Assembly (NCBI RefSeq): GCF_001194135.2
Contig: NC_068993.1
Span: 46,781,561 to 46,845,560, forward strand
Direction of reading: 5' to 3'
DNA from: Octopus bimaculoides
Lineage: Eukaryota
Length of the DNA: 64,000 nucleotides
Shown: positions 14,019 to 26,169 of the stretch, one piece after another
How positions within the stretch are numbered: position 1 is the first letter of the stretch
Layout of the letters: every line of letters starts with the position of its first letter
Notes under the pieces: model-generated
The model's input: the letters and a program-made list of their open reading frames with translations, nothing else
What the model was told of the DNA's origin: nothing
The model's database searches: none
Translations under genes and position numbers: made by a program

Positions 14019-14987
14019 CGTGCATGCGCATGTATACACACATATATGCATACATTGTGTATCTATAATATATGAGTCTGTAATATACACTCATTGCATA
14101 TCTATGAGTCTGTAATATATATATATGCATATATCATAGACATATTGTGTATCTATGTGTCACACACATATCTATGATATATGTGTGTCACGCACATACA
14201 TTGTATATCTGCAATATGAGCTTGTATGTGTGAATCTATGATATATGTATGAGACTATAATATATGTATGAATGTATGTATGCACCAGTAATATTCTTAT
14301 ATGTATTTATATATGATTTCGAATTACATGTTCTATTATGGTTAGTATTAAATGTTTACATATTCTTTTTGTTTCAGTTGTGAACATATTTTTGTTGTTA
14401 GTAGTGGTGGTGCTTAGCAGAATTGGCAGGATGTTGACAAAATGTATTGCAGTATAGAGTTACGTTACGTTGATCTCATTTTGAATCTCAGTTGACCTTT
14501 CATCTTTCCAGACTTGGACTAAATAAGAACCAGTGTAATGCTGGTGTTATTAGATGGGATTAGCTATTTCCTGTCACATCATGTCTAGCCTTTTAGTGAA
14601 TAAAGAAGCAATGTGTGACACAGTTAGTAAAACAGTGGGGAAATCTCAGTAGAGGCGTCTAAGATTTTCATCTTTTTTGGGTTGATAAAGGATATATCCC
14701 AAAGGTGACCCCCACCCCCCCAATTTGTGATTGTATCTATGTTAGAAATAATAATAATAATAATAATAATAATAATCTTTGCTGCTATAGGCACAAGGCC
14801 TGAAATTTAGGGAGGGGGCATAACTGATTACATTGACGCCAGTACTCAACTGGTACTTATCGATCCTGAAAGGATGAAAGGCAAAGTCGACCTTGGCAGA
14901 ATTTGAACTCAGAATGTGCAGATGAATGGAATGCCGCTAAGCATTTTGTCTGGCATGCTAACAATTCTGCCAGCTCACCGCCTTCGG

Positions 14988-15018
<31 letters not shown>

Positions 15019-15029
15019 GGTCATTGAAG

Positions 15030-15180
15030 AAGGTGAACTGTTATTGTTGGAATCCTGGGGTCTATACATACGAAGCTCACAAACTAGTTTGAAAAGGTAA
15101 ATGTGAAGACAAACGCACGAACATAAAATAGCGTTGATTGGAACGGGAGAAATCTTCCACAAAGTTCTTGAAATCTAAAT
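15030..15180 (+). mobile_element. Decayed R4/Dong-like (REL endonuclease) LINE C-terminus
   Basis: Two frames give VIVGILGSIHTKLTN*FEKVNVK and KIALIGTGEIFHKVLEI*, resembling the VIVGALG...QK.ALLGTA.ILRKVL terminus of R4-clade elements. Confidence 0.45.
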
Positions 15181-16762
15181 GAAGGAGGTTACCATAGCTC
15201 ACTGGCTGAGGACAGCTGACACCTTGTTTCATCACCCAGTGAAGGTGCTGTGTTAAACAGTTGTAGGAATGATGATTTCTTTTATTTGCGAAGGGGTTTC
15301 AATCAGGGAGGACATTACAAGGACAATTTACTATGTATGGGGGTTACATAAAAGATGTGGAGAAGAAAGGGAATAATTATTATTATTATTATTATTATAA
15401 CTGAGTGGGGATTGTGTTATAGCAGTGTTAGTGTCTCATTAAATGGCTTACAGTAATAAGTTACATACTTTTGTGTTATAAGTTCAAATTTAACTGAGGT
15501 CAGATTTGCTTTTCTTCCTCATTAGGGGCTAGTTGTAGTTTGTAGTCATCACAACTGACTACAGTTTTTTATCCCTAAAAATATTTCCTTTTATATTGTA
15601 TAATTTACATATTCCCTTATTGTTGTTCAGCTCTAGGATATCAGTGATAAAACTCACAACCTGTGATTGAAGGTATACCAGATATGACCATTCCATTTAT
15701 ATTTCTGTTTTTGAGACAATATATATAGGACTACAACATCTAATGTGTCCTTTCTTAATTCAAAAGGAGATACACTACAATCTGATTGAGATTTAGCTGT
15801 TATTTCCATCATAATGAGCCTGCTCTGTGAGGTAGGCTATAGATGAGTTGGGTACCTGGTTTATCTTATATAGATGTGTTATTTGCATAATTTGGATTTA
15901 TATAATCCCAAGTTATGTATATATTTATGGCTACTTCTGTTTTAATCTGTAGTGCTGCTGTTAATAGTGTACTTGTTGATATCAAGCAATAATGTAATAT
16001 GTTATGTTTAATATATATTATAATCCTTTCTACTATATGCGCAAAACCCTTTGTACCATAGGTAAAAGGCTGAAATTTGTGGGGGGAGTGAGCTAGTTGA
16101 TTACATCACCCCAGTGCTCAACTGGTACTTATTTTGACATCCCTGAAAGGGTGAAAGACTAAGTTGATCTCAGTAGAATTTGAACCCATAAGATAAAACC
16201 TGGAGGAAGTGCTGCAAAGGATTTTGTCTGGCATGCTAACGATTCTGCCAAAATGAATTTATATGTTATAAGAATGTCTAAACTTTCAAGTGCACATGAA
16301 ATAATTCTTCTTTGGAACAGTGGATCTTAAAGCACATATGGCTGTATAAATAACAGCATATAAATTTTTGGTTGTGAAACCTTTTTGGATAGTAAAAGTT
16401 GAATGCTGTCCATAATAGGCTCCTGCCATTGGTATAGGAGATATTGGTTTGTGTCTTGTGGCCCGCTTTTGACATTTTCCATTTTCTATCCAAAAGAGGT
16501 TTCAACCCAGTTATTTACATGCTATTATTTATAGCTGTATATGCTTCAAGATTCACTTTTCCAAAAAATGTATTTAGTTTCTGTCATCAAATTTTGATTG
16601 TATTTTTTTCCTATTGCAAGGAATTCTGTAAACCAATTTTTTTTCTACAGGTTTCAAATTTCAATGTTACATGCACCCAAGCCATCCCTCAAACCACACT
16701 ATGCTTATTTAATATTTTTTATTTTATTATCATTTTAGTGTCTCCTGCAATTTTTGTTTTCA

Positions 16763-16796
<34 letters not shown>

Positions 16797-17934
16797 TATA
16801 GTAAAGTGGAATATGGGCAGACTTTTCCATCCCTCTGCCCCAGAGGTGGGTGGGTGGTGGTGTCAGTAAAATATGTCATAGTTAAAATGCAGTTGCACAA
16901 ACCAACCATAAAAATTTGTATGGTTGTGTATATGTTAGAAAGCATTGCCTTTCATCCTTCTGGGACCAGTAAAATGTAGCAGTTAAATACCGGATGCCTA
17001 CATAATTCATTGTTCCCTCCCTGCTCTGTATTTCTGGCTTTGTGCCTATGTAAGAAATAACAACAACAACAACAACAATAATAACAATGGTTATTATTGT
17101 TATTATTATTATTAAGGTGGTGAGCTGGCAGAATTGTTAGCGTGCCAGACGAAATGCTTAGCGGTATTTTGCCTGTTTCTACGATCTGAGTTCAAATTCG
17201 GCTGAGGTTGACTTTGCCTTTCATCCTTTCGGGGCCCATAAATTGAGTACCAGTGAAACACTGAGGTCGATGTAATCGACTTGTCCCGTCTCCCAAAATT
17301 TCAGGCCTTGTGCCTATAGTAGAAAGGATTATTATTATTATTATCATTAGTATTATTATCACCACCACCACCAAGGCAGCAAGCTGGCTGAATTGTAAGC
17401 ATGCTGGACAAAATGTTTAGCAGCATTTTGTTCATCTGTATGTTCTGAGTTCAAATTCTGTTGAGGTCAGTTCTGCCTTTCATCTTTCCAGGTTTGAGGA
17501 ATTAAGTACCAGTTACATTCTGGGATTGATGTAACGGACTCGCACCCTCCCAGTAAAAATATTTTAAATTTCATATTTGTGCCTATAGTAGAAAGGATTA
17601 TTAATATAGTTGGGAAGATGATGGGTTAGCAGAATCAGTAGAACATGGGACAAAATAGCTTGTATTTTTTCTGTCCTTTCATGTTCTGCGTTCAAATTCT
17701 GCCTAGGTTGAATTTGCCCTTTTTTCCTTCTGGGATGATAAAATAGACGGCCAGTTAAATACTAATCTAGATTTAATCAACTGCTCTCCTTCAAATTGGT
17801 AGCTTTGTGCTCTCATTAGAAATTATTATTATTATTGTGCAAAAATGCAAAACAAATCATTAAGAAACACACCCAAAACCACAAACACCTATGTATTTCA
17901 AACCAATTCTGATTTGCCAACCCTATTTCTTCAG

Positions 17935-18039
17935 GCTGTGAAAGTCGCTTTAACGGGAATGGTCCGACACCTCTCCCCTCACCACCAGGCACTCCCAAGA
18001 AAGTATCCTCTCGTGGCTCCAGTTCTTGCCACAGCTCAG
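17935..18039 (+). CDS. MYCBP2: MYCBP2 exon D (phase 1-1, 105 nt), CESRFNGNGPTPLPSPPGTPKKVSSRGSSSCHSS
   Basis: Acceptor ctatttcttcag, donor CAG|gtgaaa. GC-rich open frame with Ser/Pro-rich content inside an AT-rich intron. Confidence 0.7.
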
Positions 18040-19004
18040 GTGAAAAAAAATCCTACTGCTTTATTTGTTGATTTTTTAAGTTTTGTTTTGTTGTTTTTCA
18101 TTGTTTTTTCCCATCTATTATTATTATTATTATTATTATTATTGTTACTGTTATTATTGCAGTGAGCTAGCAGAATTGTTAGCTTGCAAGGCAAAATGTT
18201 TAGTGGCACTTTGTTCCCTTTTAAATTTTGAATTTGAACTCCATTGAGGTCGACTTTGCCTTTCATCCTTTTGGGTTTGATAAAATAAGTACCAGTTGAA
18301 TACTGGAGTCGATGTAATTGACTTATCCCTTCCCCACAAATTCCAGGCCTTATGCCTACAGTAGAAAGGTTCATGATTATTATTATTGTGTAATATATAT
18401 ATATAATAGTAATGATAATATTAATAATAATAACGTTTTTAAAGAAAAAAATTATTTTTTTAATTATTAAATGATTTTGTTTTTCACTTTATTTTTTGTG
18501 GAATTTTAAAAAGTTTTATTTATTTTTTGTTTGCTCTTGTTCCTGCTTTCAGAAATGCTTACCCTTCCCCCTGCTACACCATGCTATCTCCCCCTCCTAG
18601 TGAGCATTGGTTTAAGGGGATCTGGTTGTTAGGTTGCACCCTACTAACCCACTGACTGGCCTTTTCAGCCATGCCCTTCTGTTAACACTTTCAGGGTTGG
18701 GTCTTTGATTTTGTTTGGCAGCAAAGATGTATTAGTGGATGGAGAATGTTTTCATTTCTAATGTATGTTTCACTAATGAGAAAAACCTCTGTGTGTGTGT
18801 GTGCGCGTGTGTGTGTGTGTGTGTGTGTGTGGTTTGCAAGCATGCATGCATGCCTAAAACCTTTTTCTCATTAATGTCACATTCTTTCTAACCAAATCTG
18901 TCTCTTTCTTTCTACTTTCGATGCTGGATGATTTCTTGATCCTGTTGTCTTTTTCAGTTAATCATCAATATCATATTCTGTGTGTGTGTATGAATGATGT
19001 ATTT

Positions 19005-19011
19005 ACACACA

Positions 19012-19082
<71 letters not shown>
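19005..19082. repeat. (AC)n microsatellite, representative of many (AT)n, (GT)n, (ATT)n, (CT)n and (TATC)n tracts; poly-T of 54 nt at 28513-28566
   Basis: Directly visible. Confidence 0.95.
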
Positions 19083-19086
<4 letters not shown>

Positions 19087-19480
19087 TAATGTGAATGAGA
19101 GGATTGAGCAGACAGGTTACCTGTGGGGACATTATCTGTTCCTGTATTATGAGAGGCAGTGTTTGTTTTTATGCCCATAATCAAGGCCCAATCCTTTCTT
19201 CCCAAGTGGTATGCTTGAAATGTTCAGTTACAGAAGGTTCAACCTTGATGAACTATGCAAGAAAAGTTATGGCGAGGGGTTCAATATTAGAGCTAGGCTG
19301 GATAATGTACAGTCTGGGTTTGCTGCAAGATATGTAACCACAGCTGCTATATTTCTAGAATGTCTGAGAGAAAAGAACAAAAGATTCTACTTAGTGCTTG
19401 TCACCCTCATATAAGGTTTTTTTTTCCTTTTTTATTTCTTCTTTGATGGAGATGGAGCATTGAATAAGGTACATTTAGAT

Positions 19481-19687
19481 CAGGGGCCGGAGAACTTTTT
19501 TAACCAATTACCCCAAAATATATTTATTTACACTGACGTAACCCCGCTTGATTTGAAAGGAAGAAAATCATAGATAACGAGGAATATGTTTTTTTGTGTA
19601 ATTTTCTTGTCTAATGAGTCCTCATTACCTCCAAGAATTTCATTTTTACCACATTTGGGGTAATTTACCCTGGTTCATCGACCCCTG
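19481..19687. mobile_element. hAT-type MITE (207 bp)
   Basis: Termini CAGGGGCCGGAGAAC and revcomp CAGGGGTCGATGAAC. Perfect 8-bp TSD ATTTAGAT at 19473-19480 and 19688-19695. Confidence 0.85.
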
Positions 19688-20583
19688 ATTTAGATGAATG
19701 GATCATAAATTGCCAGATGTTGAAAATTAGATAATGGGAAGGTATGTCTGTGGGTCCTGGGAGTAAAGTTAGGATTGGCAGTGAGTTTAATGAGGGTTTA
19801 ATGAGGGTTGATGGAGTACAAGTCGGCTTTGTTGAGGATTTCATTTTGCAGATATGTGTTCAGAGAGGCGTTTCAGTATATTGGTATGTATTTAAGGAGG
19901 GATTTTAGTGTACAGGATGTATTTAGTGGGTGATTTTAGGGTACAAATATGGGATTAGGGATTTCACTATATTGGCTATGTGCTTAATGGTGAGTTTGTG
20001 GCTCAGAGTACAGGTACGTGTTCAGGGATGAGTTGCTGTGTAGTGTAATTAGAGATAATTATGTGGTGAAGAATAAACAGCGTCAGTCTATTGACTTACA
20101 TTTCAATTATGATGAGTACAATAGACAGTGCCAAACATTCTGGCCCTATTAAACCTCTTCCTCTAATCAAGTCCTAACATCATGAAATAGAAGAACATTT
20201 CATACGATGCAGTACTTGATATATATATATAAATGGACAGTGTGATCATGGCTGGAACACTTTTGGCTATAGGTCTCCATGATTAGGGCAGAGTTGGAGC
20301 TATTTATTCATAACTTCAAACATTGTCAAAATCTGTTGTCAAATAACTTTCATTACTAACCTGATAAGGTCATTGGTTTCTGTGGTTGCTTAATTGTGTT
20401 TGCATGCCTGATTGCACTGGTACATGCATATTGTGTGTGTACATTCATTTACATCATTATATCCATGCACATGCACTTACACATATGTATATGCGTATTT
20501 GTTATGTATTTTATATGTGTATCACATGCAATATATGATACTTACATACATATATAAAATATATGCATATATATATTACATAT

Positions 20584-20950
20584 GTGAAGGTGCATGGCTC
20601 AGTGATTAGAGTGTTGAGCTTATGATTGTGAGTTTGTAAGTTCAGTTCCTGGACCAGGCTGTGTGTTGTGTTCTTGAGCAAGACACTTTCTTTCCTGTTG
20701 CTTCAGTTCACTCAGCTGTAGAAATGAGTTGCGACACCACTGGTGCCAAGCTGTATCAGCCTTTGCCTTTCCCTTCGATAACATTGGTGGCATGGAGAGG
20801 GGTGGCTGGTATGCATGGGTGACTGCTGGTCTTCCATAAAAAACAACCCGAGGCTATGTGTTTGCTGGTGAGGCAACATTCCACCCAGACTTGTGCCCCA
20901 GAGGGGAACCTCTTATGTGTGCCCATGGTCATTCATGACCGACGGAGTTG
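20584..20950 (+). mobile_element. tRNA-derived SINE (separate family, decayed)
   Basis: Head ggtgcatggctcagtgattagagtg, B-box-like agttcagttcc, core gtgttcttgagcaagacactt..cagttcactcagctgtagaaatg. Confidence 0.6.
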
Positions 20951-21008
20951 AGTTTTTTTTATATATTGCATATGTATTCATGTATGCATATATTATGTAC
21001 ATGCTTCA

Positions 21009-21058
<50 letters not shown>

Positions 21059-21114
21059 GTCGGTGTATCGTATATCCCAAAAAGAAGTACATTCTAAAGA
21101 ATAGAGCAGTAATG

Positions 21115-21299
21115 TATTTACAAGCAGTTAAATATATGTCTGGTTAAATAGTAACCAATGGTTTCACATCCACAAAGTGGAACCATTGATCACTCATTTG
21201 CCATTGAGTCTGATGAGCTGTCTATAAGGCCTACCACTTTATGGATGCAAAACCATTGGTCGCTCTAAGATCGGATATATATTTAACTGCTTGTAAATA
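21115..21299. repeat. Inverted repeat (about 66-bp arms) enclosing a decayed hammerhead motif
   Basis: tatttacaagcagttaaatatat...ccaatggtttcacatccacaaagtgg is mirrored at 21234-21299. CTGATGA at 21210. Confidence 0.8.
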
Positions 21300-22573
21300 T
21301 CTATCTCTCTGTCTATATATAGATACACACACATGCTGTAAATATGTTATATATGTGTGTGTGTGTGTGTGTGTGCAAATATGAAACCCATATGCAATAT
21401 ATGCACATTTGTATACAAATATATATTGCATATGTATGTGATGTGTGTGTGTGTATATGTCCGCATAGATTTCATTCACTTCTGGTTGTTACACATGTAC
21501 TATTTGGACATTAATTTGTTGCTTCAACATATCTCTATGTAATAACTTTTTTCTAAAGGCTCAGTTTATAATTAGCTTAACCAATCTTAGAATAAATTGG
21601 ACCCTCTTCTAATTATCTTCCAAATATGTTGAAATGGCAAATCAGTATTTCGAACTTGTATATATGTATACAACATTTTTTATTATACCCCACTACTATT
21701 ATGTTGACTTCTATATTTTTGTGTGATATTATATACTTGTTTGAAAGAACAAGTTATTAATTGTAATAATATTTATATAGGCATACACACATACAGGTAT
21801 GTAACCAATTTCTGACAGCTGATGATCTGGTACCTATTTTAATTGACCTATAGTTACGTGAGGACAACTATAGGTACTCACGTAACAACTATTGTTAATT
21901 TTTTCGCTATCTGGCCTTTAAGACATACAGGCATTTATTCATTAGAAAGTCGAAACACTCGCTAACACTAATAATATGAAGGTGCAAATGTTTAAAGCTA
22001 AGTCTACCATCACATGTGAATCGACTAAGGATTCTTTCTGTGTGCAAAGTAAATTAATAGTTAACTTACCTTCACTGCACAAAGAACACAGTGTCAACAT
22101 GAAAGAAGAAATGATAAATATATGCACTTCACTTTCAATTTGGTGAGGGGTCCACTGGTTAGGAAGTTAGTGTGTGGCTTTAGATTCTTTTTTTTTTTTT
22201 TGCTTTTCAATGTTTGCATCTTCATATTATCATAGTTGAAGGGTTGGTTTCTAGTGAATAAACAAAAGTGTGTAGTGAAGGTTTAGTAGGAAAAAAAAAA
22301 TTATTAATGTGACAGCAGTCTTCTAAGAATTTACTCAGAATTATTATTATTATGTAACCACTTTTAAATTCAACAACATGGATAATCTGACATGAACCTG
22401 GAACCAAGGTTGTCGGAAAATTGGTAGTGTGTCTGTCTGCATGTATGTATGTATGTATATGAGTATATTTATATATGTCTGTATGCATGCAAATTCGGTT
22501 TTTCATTCGTTGTGTTTTTCCCCATGCAAGGTGTATCATGTGTGACTGTTTTCATCCATCATCAACATTCTAG

Positions 22574-22811
22574 GGTCTTCCCGACACGGATCTCCTATGC
22601 GGACTTCCCAGAAAGAGGAAAACAGCAGAAAGGAGGGCAAAGAGCAGGTGGTGGTGATAAAGGAGGATTTGCCCTCCGCAGCAGTTCCAGCTAGTGCTTT
22701 TGCTCAGAGAGCACTGCGGGGAAACTTGCCCCGGGAACCCAGTGTGGAGAGAGCAGTATCGGAAAGTCCTGTCTCTGACCACTCACGCCAGTTGTCACCA
22801 GTTAGATCAAG
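22574..22811 (+). CDS. MYCBP2: MYCBP2 exon E (phase 1-2), GSSRHGSPMRTSQKEEN...SDHSRQLSPVRS
   Basis: Acceptor cattctag, donor AAG|gtgagc. GC-rich open frame; output phase matches the next exon. Confidence 0.8.
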
Positions 22812-22844
22812 GTGAGCTTCTTTTTCTTGTTGTTTTAAAATCTT

Positions 22845-23420
22845 AGTAATTGAGCACTAAAACTATATTAATTGAACAGTAACATTACATTAACTAACTA
22901 TTAAAGCTATATTAACTGAATATTGAAACTGTTAACTGAGCAATAAAACTATATAAATGAGCAGCAAAAACTGCATTAGATGAGCATTAAAACTATAACT
23001 GTGCAATAAAACAATCTTAAATGAGCAGCAAAAACTGCATTAGCTGAGCATCAAAATATGACTGTGCAATAAAACAATATTAAATGAGCAGTAAAAACTG
23101 CATTAGTTGAGCAATAAAACTACAACTGAGCAGTAACAACTGCATTAGTTGAGCAATAAAACTACAACTGTGCAGTAACAACTGCATTAGTTGAGCATTA
23201 AAACTATAACTGAGCAATGAAACTATAGTGAATGAGCAGTAAAAACCATTATCTGAACATTAAAACTATTAAGTAAAAAATTATATCAACTGATCGTTAA
23301 AACTTTATAACTGAGCAGTAAAACTATGAAATGAGCATTGAAACTGTACGAACTAAGGATTACAGCTGTTTTAGTAAAGCATTAAGTTTGTTACCTAAGC
23401 ATTACAATTGTGATAAAAGA
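22845..23420. repeat. Degenerate minisatellite of ~20-bp units (TGAGCA[A/G]TAAAAC) with a ~41-bp higher-order period
   Basis: Alternating tgagcaataaaactacaac and tgagcagtaacaactgcattag units. Confidence 0.8.
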
Positions 23421-24743
23421 GGTATTTCAATACATTTGTGTGGTACCTAAGCAGATGAAATAGTGAATAATTCTGGAATGTTTGTTTTGTTTGGGTGTTA
23501 TCATTTAAGCCTCATTTTCAGTTAGACCAGTAGTCAAAGCATTCCAATGCTGACCATCACCCCATTTTTTTTTTTATTGTTGTTTTTCGTACATTGTATA
23601 CCTAGCTCGTCACTCCAGTCAGTGATTTCTGGTCTGCTCAACATGCCTTTAGTAACTTATGCTAATTGTTGGCCATTGAAGGTTAGCCAGAGTGTTCTTG
23701 TACCTTGGTGATTTAGTGATCTATCTCCCATTTCTTTTTAAAACTGTAGGATGTGAAATAAAATAAAGGGTAAGGATACATTAAAAAAAGCATATAATAG
23801 ATTCAGACAATTAGGGCTCAGACTGGACCAATGCTAAACAGAGAATAAAGGAGTCCAAGCAAACAAGAGTTGACTATAAGCAATGTACTGGTCAAACAAA
23901 TGAAAGTATAATATAAATCGAGCAATCACATAGTGGGTTCCTCCAGTTGTGTGATTGTCTGTAGAGTGAATTAGGGAATTTGGTGAGGCCACTGTGCTCA
24001 GAAAAATTGATTGAAGGACACGTTTTATAAAAGCATCTATTTTGTTGTTGTTGTTTAGGTCCAGGTCAACCTTTCTTATATTATGTATGATGAAAAGTAT
24101 TTCAACTGTGTTCTTCCTGTTTGTTTTCGTTAGGCATAGTGTATTCTGACGACATCATCCAATGTATCTCTTTTTCAAAAAAAAAAAAATATCTTTTGAA
24201 TGGTGGGTTGTGATTTGAAGGAGATTAGCCTGCTGTTTCTTGCAGGTTATTCAATTCTGTAGATGCATTCTTATGGGCTTCTTTATGTTGTTGGTTAGCC
24301 CCATCCCAAGGTCAGCACTCATTGCACCAGTCTATGATTAAAGACATTCCAGCCATGACCATCCTATATAGATTTACGCATATATATATATATATATGCT
24401 AAATAAACATATATTAGGCGTAGGTGTATTAACATATATTAGGGTGTTTGTGTGTGTCTGTGTTTGTCCCCCCAACATCGCTTGACAACCGATGCTGGTG
24501 CATTTACGTCCCCGTAACTTAGCGGTTCGGCAAAAGAGACCGATAAAATAAGTACTAGGCTTCCAAAGAATAAGTCCTGGGGTCGATTTGCTTGACTAAA
24601 GGTGGTGCTCCAGCATGGCCGCAGTCAAATGACTGAAACAAGTAAAAGAGTAAAAGAGTATAAATCCATGATATAGACCCATAGAAATTAAACCCACCAT
24701 GTGATTATAGCACAACACTCTCAGTAATCAGGATAAAAGAGTT

Positions 24744-24786
24744 AATCAACTAGTTTCGGTTTCTATGTTTAAGCCTCTTCAGGACT
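24744..24786 (-). ncRNA. Candidate minimal type-I hammerhead ribozyme (antisense)
   Basis: Minus strand AGTC-CTGAAGA-GGCTT(8-nt loop)AAACC-GAA-ACTAGT-T^-GATT: 4-bp stem I, palindromic stem III, GUU triplet. Confidence 0.5.
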
Positions 24787-26169
24787 GGTTTAAGTTTCGC
24801 TAACAGATGAGAGAACATAGTGACACAAGATCAGGACAGATATGGCAGTGTTCCTATATTGATACTAAGATATCTCAGTCCATTATTTAAATAAGTTATC
24901 AACACTGGACACTTGATACAAAACTGGTAAATTTACTAATTTATTCTCATATATACTGTTAATGCCTTATTTAATTAATATTTGTATATTTAAGTAGATT
25001 TGTTGTTCTACCAGTTACTGTTTCAGTAACTAGTAGGACCACATATTTGGGCAAAGTACTTCATAAAGTATGGAATTGTGTAGATATTGATTCATTCAGT
25101 ATTTGGAAAAGTTGATCTTGGAGCAGATAAAGCTATAAATGATAGTGTTTAAATACTGGATTTAAAAAGTCCCTTGGATAGAAAAAGTTGAAGGATGTCT
25201 TTGGAACTTGAACCCACATCTCTTGTAACCATGATGGGAATTCCACCACTGGACCAAAGCAATCCTTCAAATTTCTTTATTAGTTTTAGAAACTTTATTC
25301 TTAGCAACAACATCTATATGTTGTTGACATCATAAATATTTTTAAACTTCAAGAGAATGTGAAATAATTCTTTTTTTGGAAACAGTGGATCTTGAAGCGA
25401 ATAAAGCTATGAATAATAGTAAATATTGGGTTATAAAACTCCTTTTAGATAGAAAAAGTTGAAGGCTTTATATACATACATACATCTCCCCTTGTTTATC
25501 ACTGATTTGTTCATCACTGATCTGGGATAACCTGATATACTAATTGTGAATCATGTTATGCTTATCACAAATTGATCTGTGACAATACAGAGTGATGATC
25601 AGTCCAAGATTCTGCTTAGACTGCGACCATCTGCAATGCTTAGTACAACATGGTGTCTTGAAACAAAACCCATTTTCCTCATATTTCTATTTTTTCATTT
25701 ACATCTGATTCATTTAATACAGTGTCCCTTTTTTTTTTGGAACCATATACCTGTGATATATGAGGATGGATGTGTGGGTGTGTATGCATACACACACACA
25801 CACGCACACACATGCGCGCGCACACACGTATATGTTTACATGTATAAAATTGGTTGTGCATAGGTTCTTGTTTTTAATGCTTTTTGCATTTAATTTAATT
25901 GGAAAAATTTACTTTTTTTTTTTTTTGCAATTTTTTGAAAAATTTTCTTAGCTCAAACAAGTTTACATGCTTATTATTTATTAACAAAAGTTAAATCCTC
26001 TTCCTCACCTCCATCTCCCTACTCTTCACCAGAATTTTACACCCACTTTTAACAATGGCATGGGATGTATTGAATAATGCAATACATGCATGCTGTTGTT
26101 GCTTTGTTTTGCATCTGTACTATTCTGTTCATCCCTGCATGATTTGTCATGTATTCGATGTCATGTTAT

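Noticed and set aside
15030-15180. R4/Dong remnant as the mobilising partner of family-A SINEs
   Set aside because: Dong-type tails are sense (TAA)n, whereas the SINE is flanked by sense (ATT)n, and I see no shared 3' end.
16651-16720. Strong acceptor ttttctacag as a possible exon
   Set aside because: The required phase-1 frame stops after 20 codons and no donor precedes the stop.
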